In this document: piece by piece, positions 31,850 through 42,160 of the stretch
How the letters are laid out: the number at the start of each line of letters is the position of its first letter
Position numbering within the stretch: the stretch's first letter is position 1
NCBI GenBank assembly: GCA_964631685.1
Contig: CAZVZU010000004.1
Location: 81,403-145,402 of the forward strand
Direction: 5' to 3'
Origin: an uncultured Actinomycetes bacterium
Lineage (GTDB): Bacteria > SZUA-79 > Acidulodesulfobacterales > Acidulodesulfobacteraceae
DNA length: 64,000 nucleotides
The notes under the pieces: model-generated
The model's input: the letters and a program-made list of their open reading frames with translations, nothing else
Told to the model about the DNA's origin: nothing
Database searches by the model: none
Position numbers and translations under genes: made by a program

Positions 31850-32847
31850 TTTCCCTCCAAATCTAAGTCCTTAAACGCAAGTCTGATATCATCTACATCT
31901 TTGATTAATTTGAGCCTAATGGGCGGTATCTTACCCTTGAGACCTGCCCCGAATATGACCGGCAAATCGTTTATAATGCCGGTAATTCCCCCCGTATCCA
32001 AAGCAACCTTGATTTCGTCCAACATTCCCGTCTCTTCAACGGACTTGGCTATCGAAATGGTGTGCTTGGCGCCATTAGAAAAGACTATAGAATTTTTAAT
32101 AGCTTTTTCATGTAATTTAACTATTCCCTTTATGGGCGAAATTCCCTTCGGACAAAATTCCTCACACGCTTGGCAATGAACGCAATCCCACATGCCGTTA
32201 GGCTTCGAGCCGTTAACCAAGCGGGAACCGTTTCTATCGTTATCCCGCGGATCCTCACTGTACCTGTAAAGTTTTGCCAAAGCGGCGGGTCCCAGATAAT
32301 TTTTATTCCCTGTAACACCCCCACACTCAGAATAGCAACATTCACATAGGATACAATTAGGTGTATCATTATTCCCCGTCAAATTACCAAATTCAGATTT
32401 ATAATAAATAGGCTGGCTTATTTTTTCCCCTTCTTTAAGAGCATGGAATTTATTATGTTCACCGGCATCCTCGTTTCTTTGTCCTAAGAGATACGGCCTG
32501 ATCTCCTTGACCTTATCAAAAAAACTTTCCTGATCGACTATAAGGTCGCGAACCACCGGCATATTAGCGAGAGGTTCAACATTGATCATGCCAAATTTAT
32601 CAATTTCAAAACTGACCTGGGTCTTACAAGCAAGCTTTGAAATGCCGTTTACCTTCATAGCGCAAGAACCGCATATTGCACTTCTACATGACCTTCTAAA
32701 GCTTAAAGTCCCATCCATCTCCGCCTTTATTTTAATTAAGGCATTTAAAACCGTCATGCCTGGAAAATCTTGGACAATATAGTCTTTATAGTACGGTTTG
32801 TCGTCAGTTTCCGGATTAAACCTATAACTCCTAACCTTAAATTCCAT
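31846..32847 (-). CDS. sdhB: succinate dehydrogenase/fumarate reductase iron-sulfur subunit
   Basis: SCRSAICGSC...LAC, CILCECCYSEC, CVHCQACEEFCP. Confidence 0.92.
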   Translation of the reverse strand: MEFKVRSYRFNPETDDKPYYKDYIVQDFPGMTVLNALIKIKAEMDGTLSFRRSCRSAICGSCAMKVNGISKLACKTQVSFEIDKFGMINVEPLANMPVVRDLIVDQESFFDKVKEIRPYLLGQRNEDAGEHNKFHALKEGEKISQPIYYKSEFGNLTGNNDTPNCILCECCYSECGGVTGNKNYLGPAALAKLYRYSEDPRDNDRNGSRLVNGSKPNGMWDCVHCQACEEFCPKGISPIKGIVKLHEKAIKNSIVFSNGAKHTISIAKSVEETGMLDEIKVALDTGGITGIINDLPVIFGAGLKGKIPPIRLKLIKDVDDIRLAFKDLDLEGK

Positions 32848-32920
32848 TAATATTACCTCTTGCTATAATTTGCCGTTATTTTAAACCTACCCGTACATAT
32901 CCGCATAAACCAATTTGCAT

Positions 32921-34594
32921 TTAATATGTCCTAGGTTTAGGCTTAAACTTTGTAATAGAAACCTTGGAAAAATCGAATTTTATATTTCCGTTGTCACCCA
33001 GGGTGACCAATGTATGTTTAAGCCAGTTTGCATCGTCTCTTTCCGGATAATCATTCCTATAATGAGCACCTCTGGATTCTTTTCTCAATATTGCTCCCTT
33101 GGCGATTATTTCTGCAATCAGCAAGATATTCTTAAATTCGAAAGCTTCGACAATATCCGTATTAAATGACTTAGACTTATCATCAATCCCAATGCTCTCA
33201 GCGCGTTCTTTAAGCTCGTCAATTTTTTCAACAGCTTTTTTCATGATACCTTCTTCCCTGAAAACACCGACATTAGCCCTCATGGTCTCTTGAAGCTCTT
33301 GCTTTAGCAGGCCGTATCTTTCTTTTCCGTCTGATTTTTTCAGTTTATCAAATGTTTCTTCGTCTCTTTTTACAAGCGATTCGTCAAAATCGGTATAAGT
33401 TGCATTTTTTAAATATTCTGCAATATCAATACCCGCCCTTCTGCCAAAAACTATAGTGTCTAGTAAAGAGTTGCCGCCAAGCCTATTTGCACCATGGACA
33501 CTGACACATGCGGATTCTCCAGCTGAATAATATCCATCAATAGCGGTCCTGCCATTACTATCGGTCTTAATGCCGCCCATAGAATAATGAGCGCCGGGCC
33601 TAATCGGAATAGGATCATCAATAGGGTTAACACCCTCAAAATCTATTGACAACTGCATTATTTGAGGCAATTTTTCCATTATCCTTTTCTTCCCAAGATG
33701 ACGAACATCCAATAAAATAGCCCCGTCTACCCCTCTTCCATTATTTATCTCCGTCTGCTCGGCTCTTGCTACCACATCTCTTGGAGCAAGCTCCATTGCC
33801 TTAGGGGCATATTTAGACATAAATCTTTCACCCGCCGAATTGAGAAGGTAAGCGCCCTCGCCTCTTGCACCTTCCGTAACTAATATCCCTGTACTTTTAA
33901 GGGTTGTAGGATGAAACTGGACAAACTCCATATCCATAAGCGGAACGCCCGCCTTGATGGAAATAACCATCCCGTCTCCGGTATTGATAAGCGCATTTGT
34001 GTTGGCGGAATAAACCTGCCCGTAGCCACCCGTGGCAAATAAGACAACCTTTGCCGCAATACCCTCGAATTTTCCATTTTTTATATCATAGGCAACAACA
34101 CCGGCAATCTTTCCGTTATTGGTAACCAGACTCGTAACAAAATATTCATAAAGTATTTTTGTATCGTATTTAATAATATTATCAAAAAGCCCATGGAGCA
34201 TCATGTGCCCAACGGCATCCGCATAGTAACAAGAACGGGGATAACTTTGACCACCGAATGGTCTCTGGGCGATACCGCCCGAGTCTGTTCTGTTAAAAAC
34301 AACACCCATCTTTTGAAGCTCCAGTATATTTGCAGGTGCTTCACTCGTTAAAATCTCAATAGCTTCTTGATCTCCAAGGTAATCGCTACCCTTAACCGTA
34401 TCAAAAAAATGGGATTCCCATGAGTCGTTTTTATCCAAGGCGGCATTAACCCCACCCTGAGCTGCGCCGGAATGGGACCTTGTAGGATAAACCTTACTAA
34501 CTATTACAGCATCCACCCCTTTTTTCCTGAGCTCAACACAGGCTCTAAGTCCTGCAAGCCCTGCGCCCACAATAACCACATCATGTTTCAGCAT
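32921..34594 (-). CDS. sdhA: succinate dehydrogenase/fumarate reductase flavoprotein
   Basis: [41 protein letters not shown] 34594 fits the AGGGG SD (track start TTG 34600). Confidence 0.94.
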   Translation of the reverse strand: MLKHDVVIVGAGLAGLRACVELRKKGVDAVIVSKVYPTRSHSGAAQGGVNAALDKNDSWESHFFDTVKGSDYLGDQEAIEILTSEAPANILELQKMGVVFNRTDSGGIAQRPFGGQSYPRSCYYADAVGHMMLHGLFDNIIKYDTKILYEYFVTSLVTNNGKIAGVVAYDIKNGKFEGIAAKVVLFATGGYGQVYSANTNALINTGDGMVISIKAGVPLMDMEFVQFHPTTLKSTGILVTEGARGEGAYLLNSAGERFMSKYAPKAMELAPRDVVARAEQTEINNGRGVDGAILLDVRHLGKKRIMEKLPQIMQLSIDFEGVNPIDDPIPIRPGAHYSMGGIKTDSNGRTAIDGYYSAGESACVSVHGANRLGGNSLLDTIVFGRRAGIDIAEYLKNATYTDFDESLVKRDEETFDKLKKSDGKERYGLLKQELQETMRANVGVFREEGIMKKAVEKIDELKERAESIGIDDKSKSFNTDIVEAFEFKNILLIAEIIAKGAILRKESRGAHYRNDYPERDDANWLKHTLVTLGDNGNIKFDFSKVSITKFKPKPRTY

Positions 34595-34632
34595 AAACAA
34601 CCCCTATTTTTTTATCTTTTTAGATTTATAAG

Positions 34633-34646
34633 TTGATCAGTATCAA
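34633..34646. promoter_or_regulatory. FNR/CRP-family binding box
   Basis: TTGAT-cagt-ATCAA, exact FNR consensus, in the sdhA leader. Confidence 0.6.
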
Positions 34647-34671
34647 TTTTTTAAGTCAATACGATTAAGCT

Positions 34672-34700
34672 ATTATAGAATAACTTTGGTAATATTGCAA
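34672..34700 (-). promoter_or_regulatory. sigma-70 promoter of the sdh operon
   Basis: Minus strand TTGCAA-17 nt-TATAAT. Confidence 0.6.
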
Positions 34701-34807
34701 TAAATTTTTTCAGTAGTGTATTCCCCGATTGAATAAAACCTAAATTTTTGATAGACTCTATATCTGTTTATACATAAATAGGGTGTTAATTATAACCTAC
34801 CAACGTC

Positions 34808-36457
34808 ATGGCTGTTACCAATGTAATGAAGCTTAAATATATTCAATTTTCTATTTTATTGCTAATCGGCATTTTTTCTGTTGCCATTTTAATGGGGATA
34901 TTTTTTAACCGACAAGATACTTCGTCCATAAAAAAAAATAGTCCTCATAATGAGAGGAAGAATAGTTTGATTATCGGCCTGCCGGCGGATGCCACAAACC
35001 TGATTGGCAATATGGCTGCAGACGCTCCTTCGGCCGAGGTTACCTCTCAAATTTACGATGGACTTGTAAAATATAACAGAAATTTTAAAATAGTTCCCGA
35101 TCTCGCTAAATCATGGAAGATCAGCAACGGCGGGAAAACAATAACATTCTATCTTTATCATAACATTTATTGGCAGGACGGTCGTAAATTTAGTGCCCAG
35201 GATGTTCTCTTTACATATCTTTTGATGATAAACCCGAAAACTCCGACAGCATATGCTACTGAATATCTTAGAGTTTACAAAGCGAGTGTCATTGGAAAAT
35301 ATATTTTCAGGGTCACATATAAAAAACCGTATGCTCCCGCATTGTCTTCATGGGGATTAAGTATATTACCTAAACACCTGTTGAAAGGCAGAAATTTACT
35401 GACCACAAGATTAAGAAGCCATCCCATCGGTACGGGTCCTTATGAATTTTCCACATGGATTCACGGATATGAAATAATATTAAAAGCAAATCCTCGTTAT
35501 TTTATGGGGGCTCCCAAAATAAAACAACTTATTTATAGAATAGTTCCCGACCCACAGGCAATGTTTTTAATGCTCAAATCAAATGGCATTGATTATATGG
35601 GATTAACACCGATTCAATTTAAATATGAAACGGAAAACGAAAAATTTAATTCCCGCTATAAAAAATATATTCATCCATCATTGAGCTTTACATTTTTAGG
35701 ATACAACCTCCTAGACCCTCTTTTTAAAAGCGTCAGGGTCAGGCAAGCCTTAAATTATGCAATAAACAAAAAAGAAATAATAAGCGGAGCACTCCTGGGA
35801 TTGGGCATAAAATGCTACGGACCGTTTATGCCCGGAACATTTTTTTACAACAAAGATGTAAAAAAATATATATATAATCCACAAAAGGCACTTATTCTTT
35901 TAGGCGAAAAAGGTTGGCACCTCAATAACAACCGAATTTTAGAAAAAAAAAGGGTTCCGTTTAAATTTACAATACTAACGCCGCAGGGAAATCCCGGGCG
36001 ATTAGCAGCAGCAGAAATAATCCAGCAAAACCTTAAAAAAATAGGTATCAAGGTGGACATAAGGGTAATGGAATGGACATCCTTAATCTCTGAATTTATT
36101 TTAAAAAAAAGGTTCCAAAGCGTCTTGCTGGGCTTTACTATAACCCCTAATCCATACGACAACGCATCTATATTTACGAGCTCTAATATCGTCCCGAAAG
36201 GCCTAAATTTTACATCCTTTAGCAATAGCAAGATAGATAGCCTATTTAAGCATGTACGCTCAACATTTGACCTTAAAAAACAGAAGGTGTATTACTTTGC
36301 AATTCAACAACTTCTTGCAAAAGAATCTCCCTATACCTTTTTATATATACCCTTCTCAATGCCCGTGGTAAAACGCAGTATTAAAGGTATAGTACCGGCA
36401 CCGGCAGGCATAGGCTACGATATAAGAAAATGGTACTATGCCGATTTTGCAAGCTAA
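34808..36457 (+). CDS. peptide/nickel ABC transporter substrate-binding protein (SBP family 5)
   Basis: IYDGLV, PDLAKSW, PIGTGPY, VRVRQALNYAIN. Confidence 0.9.
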   Translation: MAVTNVMKLKYIQFSILLLIGIFSVAILMGIFFNRQDTSSIKKNSPHNERKNSLIIGLPADATNLIGNMAADAPSAEVTSQIYDGLVKYNRNFKIVPDLAKSWKISNGGKTITFYLYHNIYWQDGRKFSAQDVLFTYLLMINPKTPTAYATEYLRVYKASVIGKYIFRVTYKKPYAPALSSWGLSILPKHLLKGRNLLTTRLRSHPIGTGPYEFSTWIHGYEIILKANPRYFMGAPKIKQLIYRIVPDPQAMFLMLKSNGIDYMGLTPIQFKYETENEKFNSRYKKYIHPSLSFTFLGYNLLDPLFKSVRVRQALNYAINKKEIISGALLGLGIKCYGPFMPGTFFYNKDVKKYIYNPQKALILLGEKGWHLNNNRILEKKRVPFKFTILTPQGNPGRLAAAEIIQQNLKKIGIKVDIRVMEWTSLISEFILKKRFQSVLLGFTITPNPYDNASIFTSSNIVPKGLNFTSFSNSKIDSLFKHVRSTFDLKKQKVYYFAIQQLLAKESPYTFLYIPFSMPVVKRSIKGIVPAPAGIGYDIRKWYYADFAS

Positions 36458-36578
36458 ATTAACATTAAAAATCATAAACGTGACTTTTATCATACTTTAA
36501 ATTTTTAAAAACCGATACAATAAACACTCTGATTTAAAACCAAATATAATCATTTATTACCAAGGAGGGGGGAGTTTT

Positions 36579-37172
36579 ATGAGCGATAGTTCTAAATTTT
36601 TAGAAATATCCGATGATGATATCAGTGCGGCATTTAAAGAGATAAAGGCCTATATTGATATCTCACCGGAGGACTTCAAAACAATATATGTCCACGCGCT
36701 AAAACACGCAAAAAGTCGATTGTTTAGCGTTAAAGTAAACAATGTAATGGTGAAAAATGTTATCACCATACCTAAAGAGTCCAGCATTAATGAGGCAATC
36801 CACCTATTGTCTACGGATAAGATATCTTGCCTGCCGGTTGTGGATAAAGACAATACAGTGTTAGGCATTGTAACTCGCAAGGATGTTATAGCAGCAACGG
36901 GTATTGTAGAAAATCACACTTTAAAGGATATAATGAGACATATTACCGGCGTGCCTACTCCTCATCAAAATACTGTTTATACTAAGACAGTCAATGACAT
37001 AATGTCATCTCCTGCCATAATCATTAATTCCGGCGCAGATATAAAGGATGCAGCAAATAAGTTAATTGATATGAGAATAAACAATCTGCCGGTTGTGGAT
37101 GAAGACAATAAACTAGTAGGTGTCATATCTACCGGGGATATTGTCAATAATACAGGAGGGATAAAATTATGA
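36579..37172 (+). CDS. CBS domain-containing protein
   Basis: Two CBS repeats (CLPVVD...GIVT; NLPVVD...GVIS). Confidence 0.88.
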   Translation: MSDSSKFLEISDDDISAAFKEIKAYIDISPEDFKTIYVHALKHAKSRLFSVKVNNVMVKNVITIPKESSINEAIHLLSTDKISCLPVVDKDNTVLGIVTRKDVIAATGIVENHTLKDIMRHITGVPTPHQNTVYTKTVNDIMSSPAIIINSGADIKDAANKLIDMRINNLPVVDEDNKLVGVISTGDIVNNTGGIKL

Positions 37173-37708
37173 ATGAATATTTGCAGAAAATGAAAGGCGG
37201 GGGAACGCACCCCTCGGGCACTAATGTTCCAGAAGTTTTTTGGTCTGGGGTTGGTTCTTTTCTTGGTATTTTTGCATGCGGATACCTTTCGTTAGGCTAT
37301 TTTACCCTACTTGACTTAACCTTACTAATAGGTTCATTTGGAGCTTCCGCCGTTCTCGTATACGCAGCAATAAAAAGTCCGCTTGCGCAACCGAGAAACC
37401 TTGTGGGCGGGCATATTCTATCAGGATTAGTTGGCGTAGCAAGTTATCAGTTGTTTAGTTCCAATTTGGCCTTAGCTGCGGCACTTGCCGTGTCGGTTGC
37501 CATAATGGTAATGCTTGCAACCAAGACTTTGCATCCCCCCGGTGGAGCAACAGCACTTATCGCCGTAATCGGTGGCGCCCCCATACATAGGTTAGGATTT
37601 CTATATGCATTAATACCTGCCGGTCTCGGAGCGGTAGTTTTATTAATAATAGCTCTTTTAGTAAATAACCTATCTGAAAATAGAAAATATCCTGAATACT
37701 GGCTTTAA
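37169..37708 (+). CDS. HPP family membrane protein
   Basis: GSFGASAVL, PLAQPRN, LHPPGGA, YPEYW. Confidence 0.92.
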   Translation: MNEYLQKMKGGGTHPSGTNVPEVFWSGVGSFLGIFACGYLSLGYFTLLDLTLLIGSFGASAVLVYAAIKSPLAQPRNLVGGHILSGLVGVASYQLFSSNLALAAALAVSVAIMVMLATKTLHPPGGATALIAVIGGAPIHRLGFLYALIPAGLGAVVLLIIALLVNNLSENRKYPEYWL

Positions 37709-37717
37709 CGCCTTAAA

Positions 37718-37805
37718 TTGATTTGCCATACAAAATTGTCCATCATTATCGGTGCACTTGTTAAAACGCACCGATAATGATGGACAATTTTGTATGGCAA
37801 ATCAA
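37718..37805. repeat. 38-bp perfect inverted repeat with a 12-nt loop
   Basis: 37718-37755 TTGATTTGCCATACAAAATTGTCCATCATTATCGGTGC is the exact reverse complement of 37768-37805. Confidence 0.95.
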
Positions 37806-37926
37806 GCCTATTGAAAAAATATCTTGACAAAAAAGTAAACTTGTTAAATAATGGTATCTTTAGATTATATAAAATGTTGGTTGAACCATAATTGTATTGT
37901 ATAGAATCTCAGGAGGGGTGGCGTAT

Positions 37927-38334
37927 ATGTCGGAAAGTAAATGGGTGTTAGTAGATGCAAAGGGCGTTAGCTTGGGAAGGGTTGCTAGCTTTATCGCCAA
38001 CAAGCTAATGGGGAAGGATAAGCCTGACTGGACGCCTTATGCCGACAATGGTGATTTCGTTGTTGTTGTTAACAGTGCTAAGGTCAAATTAACCGGCAAA
38101 AAGATGGATAAAAAGGAATATAATTTTCATAGTGAGTATCCAGGGGGGCTTAAGACTTTCAACTACAAGGATATGCTCAAGAAAAACCCTACATTTCCTG
38201 TTATGCAAGCCGTAAAGGGTATGCTTCCTAAAAATAAGCTTTCAAGCGCTCTTCTTAGAAAAATTAAGGTTTATCCGGGTGAGAATCATCCTCATATTGC
38301 ACAACAGCCTGAAAAAATTGAAATGGTTAATTAA
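37927..38334 (+). CDS. rplM: 50S ribosomal protein L13
   Basis: WVLVDAKG, LGR, GKDKPDWTP, GDFVVV, GMLPKN, HPHIAQQP; ATG 37927 follows AGGAGGGG. Confidence 0.96.
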   Translation: MSESKWVLVDAKGVSLGRVASFIANKLMGKDKPDWTPYADNGDFVVVVNSAKVKLTGKKMDKKEYNFHSEYPGGLKTFNYKDMLKKNPTFPVMQAVKGMLPKNKLSSALLRKIKVYPGENHPHIAQQPEKIEMVN

Positions 38335-38352
38335 ATATAAACAATAGGTATT

Positions 38353-38754
38353 TTGATTATGACAAAAAAGAACATTATACATTCGGTCGGAAAAAGAAAA
38401 ACAGGAGTAGCAAGGGTATATTTCAAAAAGGGATTAGGAAAGATTATCGTTAATGGGAGAGATTTTAACGAATATTTTCCCATTGAACGTTCAAGAGTGA
38501 ACGCTACTAAGGCGTTAACATTTTATCCAATAGAAGATAAATTTGATATCTATGTTAATGTCAAGGGGGGCGGGGCTAGCGGACAGGCTGGTGCGATTAG
38601 GCTTGCTCTCGCAAAGGCTATCTTGTCGATCAGCCCTGATATGAAGGAATCTCTTGCAAAAGCCTCTCTGCTCACAAGTGACCCTAGGATGAAAGAAAGA
38701 AAGAAATATGGTCAAAAGGGTGCAAGAGCAAGATTCCAGTTTTCAAAAAGATAA
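38353..38754 (+). CDS. rpsI: 30S ribosomal protein S9
   Basis: GKRKTGVARV, VKGGG, ERKKYG, QFSKR. Confidence 0.97.
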   Translation: MIMTKKNIIHSVGKRKTGVARVYFKKGLGKIIVNGRDFNEYFPIERSRVNATKALTFYPIEDKFDIYVNVKGGGASGQAGAIRLALAKAILSISPDMKESLAKASLLTSDPRMKERKKYGQKGARARFQFSKR

Positions 38755-38831
38755 TTTTATATACATGGACGTTCTATTGGACGCCCATGTATCAATATTT
38801 TTAATTGGACTCGCGGTAATTCAAATATTTA

Positions 38832-39920
38832 ATGATAAATGTATCTGTTGTAGGCGCATCCGGTTATAGCGGTATTTACTTGATTCATGCTCTATCTTTA
38901 AGGCAGGATGTTACGCTTTCTAAAATAACATCAAGAAGTTTTTCCAATAGGAAGATTTCTGATGTTTTTCCGGTATTTACAAAATTCAAAACTAAACAAA
39001 ACAGTATTTCCGATTTATTATTCACGTCTTACGATGTTGACTCTATTGCTTCGTCGTCGGATGTTGTCTTTTTTTGCCTGCCTCACGGTGAAAGTTCAAA
39101 GCTTATTTCGCACATCCTTAAGAAGAATAATAAAATCAAAATTATAGATATCGGGGCTGATTACAGATTTGACGACCTGGATATGTACGAAGAGTTTTAT
39201 GGCAAGCGTAGTTTACATGATGACGAGTTAAACTCTATGTTTGTTTACGGCCTGGGGGATGTTTTTTATGATAAAATAAAAAACTCGCAGTTCGTTGCAA
39301 ACCCCGGATGCTACCCAACGGGAGCTCTTTTACCACTGCTTCCCATTTTAGATATCGTAGATTCAAGCATGCTCATTATAATTGATGCACTGTCAGGAAT
39401 CTCAGGCGCGGGCAGGATAGCAAGTTTGTCAAATATATTCTGTGAGGTAGAAAATTCAGTTAAGGCCTACAATGTGTGGTCACATAGGCATATGCCGGAA
39501 ATCAGGGAAAAAATAATATCTGCTTTTTTACGCGATAATAAAAATCCTAATAAGGATAAACCGGCAATTTTATTCACCCCCCACATTATCCCTATTGAAA
39601 GGGGCATACTGACCACAATATATTTGAGATTAAAAAACAATATATCAAATAAGGATATCCTCGGCTTATACACTAATTTTTACAAGGACAGCCCGTTTGT
39701 CTCAATAATGGAAAGCGTTCAAAACTGTAATATTAAAAATGTAATTTATTCCAATAATTGCCATATCGCTTTCGAAAAAGGGGATGATGGACTTATAAAA
39801 ATTTTCAGCGCCATAGACAACCTAGGCAAAGGTGCATCATTGCAAGCGCTTCAAAATATGAATCTTATGTTCGGGCTCGAGTCAGATTTCGGAATCAGTC
39901 CCTATTCGCCATTTCCGTAA
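38832..39920 (+). CDS. argC: N-acetyl-gamma-glutamyl-phosphate reductase
   Basis: GASGYSG, ANPGCYPT, SGISGAGR, HRHMPEI, IDNLGKGAS. Confidence 0.96.
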   Translation: MINVSVVGASGYSGIYLIHALSLRQDVTLSKITSRSFSNRKISDVFPVFTKFKTKQNSISDLLFTSYDVDSIASSSDVVFFCLPHGESSKLISHILKKNNKIKIIDIGADYRFDDLDMYEEFYGKRSLHDDELNSMFVYGLGDVFYDKIKNSQFVANPGCYPTGALLPLLPILDIVDSSMLIIIDALSGISGAGRIASLSNIFCEVENSVKAYNVWSHRHMPEIREKIISAFLRDNKNPNKDKPAILFTPHIIPIERGILTTIYLRLKNNISNKDILGLYTNFYKDSPFVSIMESVQNCNIKNVIYSNNCHIAFEKGDDGLIKIFSAIDNLGKGASLQALQNMNLMFGLESDFGISPYSPFP

Positions 39921-39936
39921 TGCAGACTTGCTATAT

Positions 39937-40446
39937 TCAGCACTTTACCCCAGTTGATCTTCTATATAGTCCGCTTTTGCCTCCTTCTTTCTGGATGAGA
40001 TATATTTCAGATATTTCAATGGACTTATCAACGGCTTTCAGCATATCATAGATAGTCAAAGCAGCGATAGAGCAAGCCGTTAGCCCCTCCATCTCAACTC
40101 CTGTTCTTCCGGATATTTTAACGGTTGATATTATGGTTATAGAATTTTCTTCTTCATTCGGTTCAAAATTAATGTCGCAATTTTCTATGTTGAGCGGATG
40201 GCATAGCGGAATAAGTGATGATGTCTGTTTTGCCGCCATAATACCGGCAATTTTAGCCGTCCCGAATACATCTCCCTTCTTACCGCCTTTGCTCACTGCC
40301 AAGTCAAATGCAACCTTGGACATTGTCACCTTTGCATGTGCAAAAGCTATTCTAACCGTTTTTATTTTCTCGGACACATCAACCATTTTAGGCATTCCCT
40401 TTTCGTCAATGTGGGTCAATTTAATCTCTTTTTTCATGAGTGACAA
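39937..40446 (-). CDS. moaC: cyclic pyranopterin monophosphate synthase
   Basis: LTHID, MVDVSEK, LIPLCHP, TGVEME, YDMLKAVD, KEGGKSG. Confidence 0.96.
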   Translation of the reverse strand: MSLMKKEIKLTHIDEKGMPKMVDVSEKIKTVRIAFAHAKVTMSKVAFDLAVSKGGKKGDVFGTAKIAGIMAAKQTSSLIPLCHPLNIENCDINFEPNEEENSITIISTVKISGRTGVEMEGLTACSIAALTIYDMLKAVDKSIEISEIYLIQKEGGKSGLYRRSTGVKC

Positions 40447-40510
40447 TCCTTTTTTAATTATCGTTAATTATTTATGGCCAAAACATGCAAAATATCGCAT
40501 ATATTTACTG

Positions 40511-41617
40511 CTAAGAATTATCATCTAACAAGATCCTTGCTTTTGATATCTCATTTAAATGTTTTGCTTTATACATTCTAATGGCTCCAAAGCTACATAT
40601 GTCCTTGCATAAATAACATCCTGTGCATAAAAATGGTTCCAGTAATATTTTATCTTTTTTATAACTTAAGGCACCGGTTGGACATAATTCCCAGCAATTT
40701 CCACAAAAAACACAATTTTTATTTAGTTTTGGGAGCCTTATGTTTAACAATGAGACCAAATCTTTATTTTTTTTCAGAAAAAGAAAGATATCTTTTCGTT
40801 TCTCAATGAGAAGTCTATTGTGTTTTTTATCACCCTTATTGCCTAAATCTATATAGTTTGAATAAATTTCCGCAAATGGTAAATCTTCTATAGATATATC
40901 CCGTGCAATCGTTTTGGCGCCATTTTTAATACCCTTAAAATAATTTTTAAAAAAATCCCTTCTCCCTAATGTTTCACTTTCATCGTCACAGTTATCATCA
41001 AAATCATCTGTTTTTAAGCTATCATCCTTTTCATTATAGTTGTCTTTTAAAGCTTCCATAAGTGGACTTACGTCAAACTCATTGATATTTATCTCTTTAA
41101 AATTTTCTTCCATATTCAAAAATTTAGCTGTTTCTCTAACCTTTTTTATGGTTTTACTATGAAAATATTTATATTGACACGATTTACAATCCTCCGTTAT
41201 AAAAAATAAATTGTTTCCCTCTTTTAAATGGGTAATTATATCTAGCATGTCCGCCTCATAGATACATGCAATTTTATTTTTATCGTCGATTGTTTCCGAG
41301 TTCGTTTTAGAACAAAAATAATATACGCTGTTATCAACCGTCAGTTGCTTTTTTGGCTCTTTATCATTTTTATGCTTTATGTCAAACACATAATTGGGAC
41401 ATATATAAAGACAGGCCTTGCAATGCGTGCATGTTTTTAAAATTTCCACCCCGTTATCCGAAATGTTTATTGCCAATTCAGGGCATCTCTCTATGCACTC
41501 ATAACAGCTCGCCATAGGACTTTTCAGTCTTACGCAATAGTCTTGATTAGTAGATATTTCACTGCCGTCATTATTTAAGAATTTTTCTAATATATTAAAG
41601 ATGCTCAGAGGATTCAT
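40511..41617 (-). CDS. multi-4Fe-4S ferredoxin-type protein
   Basis: CYECIERCP, CTHCKACLYICP, CVFCGNCWELCP, CTGCYLCKDIC; internal GRRDFFK. Confidence 0.85.
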   Translation of the reverse strand: MNPLSIFNILEKFLNNDGSEISTNQDYCVRLKSPMASCYECIERCPELAINISDNGVEILKTCTHCKACLYICPNYVFDIKHKNDKEPKKQLTVDNSVYYFCSKTNSETIDDKNKIACIYEADMLDIITHLKEGNNLFFITEDCKSCQYKYFHSKTIKKVRETAKFLNMEENFKEININEFDVSPLMEALKDNYNEKDDSLKTDDFDDNCDDESETLGRRDFFKNYFKGIKNGAKTIARDISIEDLPFAEIYSNYIDLGNKGDKKHNRLLIEKRKDIFLFLKKNKDLVSLLNIRLPKLNKNCVFCGNCWELCPTGALSYKKDKILLEPFLCTGCYLCKDICSFGAIRMYKAKHLNEISKARILLDDNS

Positions 41618-41632
41618 AATGCTTATATTCGA

Positions 41633-42160
41633 TTAAGTATTTATTATTGTTTCTTCGATAAAATCTGCAATATTTTCTGCATAGTTTATGTCTATTTGTG
41701 GTACTTTCAGATTTTCGATAAAACTATCCCCGCAAATAAGAATTAGGTTTGGATCGTTTTTATATCTTGGCTCCATTTCCGAACTGACATCTTTTCTAAA
41801 AAGCCCTATTTTGGGTGTATTTAAGTCTTTAAATCCTTCTACTATTAGTAAATCTGAACCACTAAAAAATTTTACCGCCATATCCCTAATATCTTGTTGC
41901 GTTTCTACATCACTAAAAAATGCCATTTTTTTTTCTGAAAGAAGCATAGTTGAAAATGCGCCGGCATTTTTGTGTCTCCATGAATCTTTTCCTTGTATAT
42001 CGGCCTTAAAATCATGGTCGGTATGCTTTATCGATGACACCCTATAACCCTTTGCCGTCAATATTTTTATGATTTTAACAATTAATGTGGTTTTACCAGT
42101 ACCTGATTTTGCGATAAATGAAATAACTTTAGGGGTTTTCTTCTTTGTATAATTATACAT
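41633..42160 (-). CDS. mobB: molybdopterin-guanine dinucleotide biosynthesis protein B
   Basis: KSGTGKTT, IKH, GKDSWRH, LIVEGFK. Confidence 0.93.
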   Translation of the reverse strand: MYNYTKKKTPKVISFIAKSGTGKTTLIVKIIKILTAKGYRVSSIKHTDHDFKADIQGKDSWRHKNAGAFSTMLLSEKKMAFFSDVETQQDIRDMAVKFFSGSDLLIVEGFKDLNTPKIGLFRKDVSSEMEPRYKNDPNLILICGDSFIENLKVPQIDINYAENIADFIEETIINT

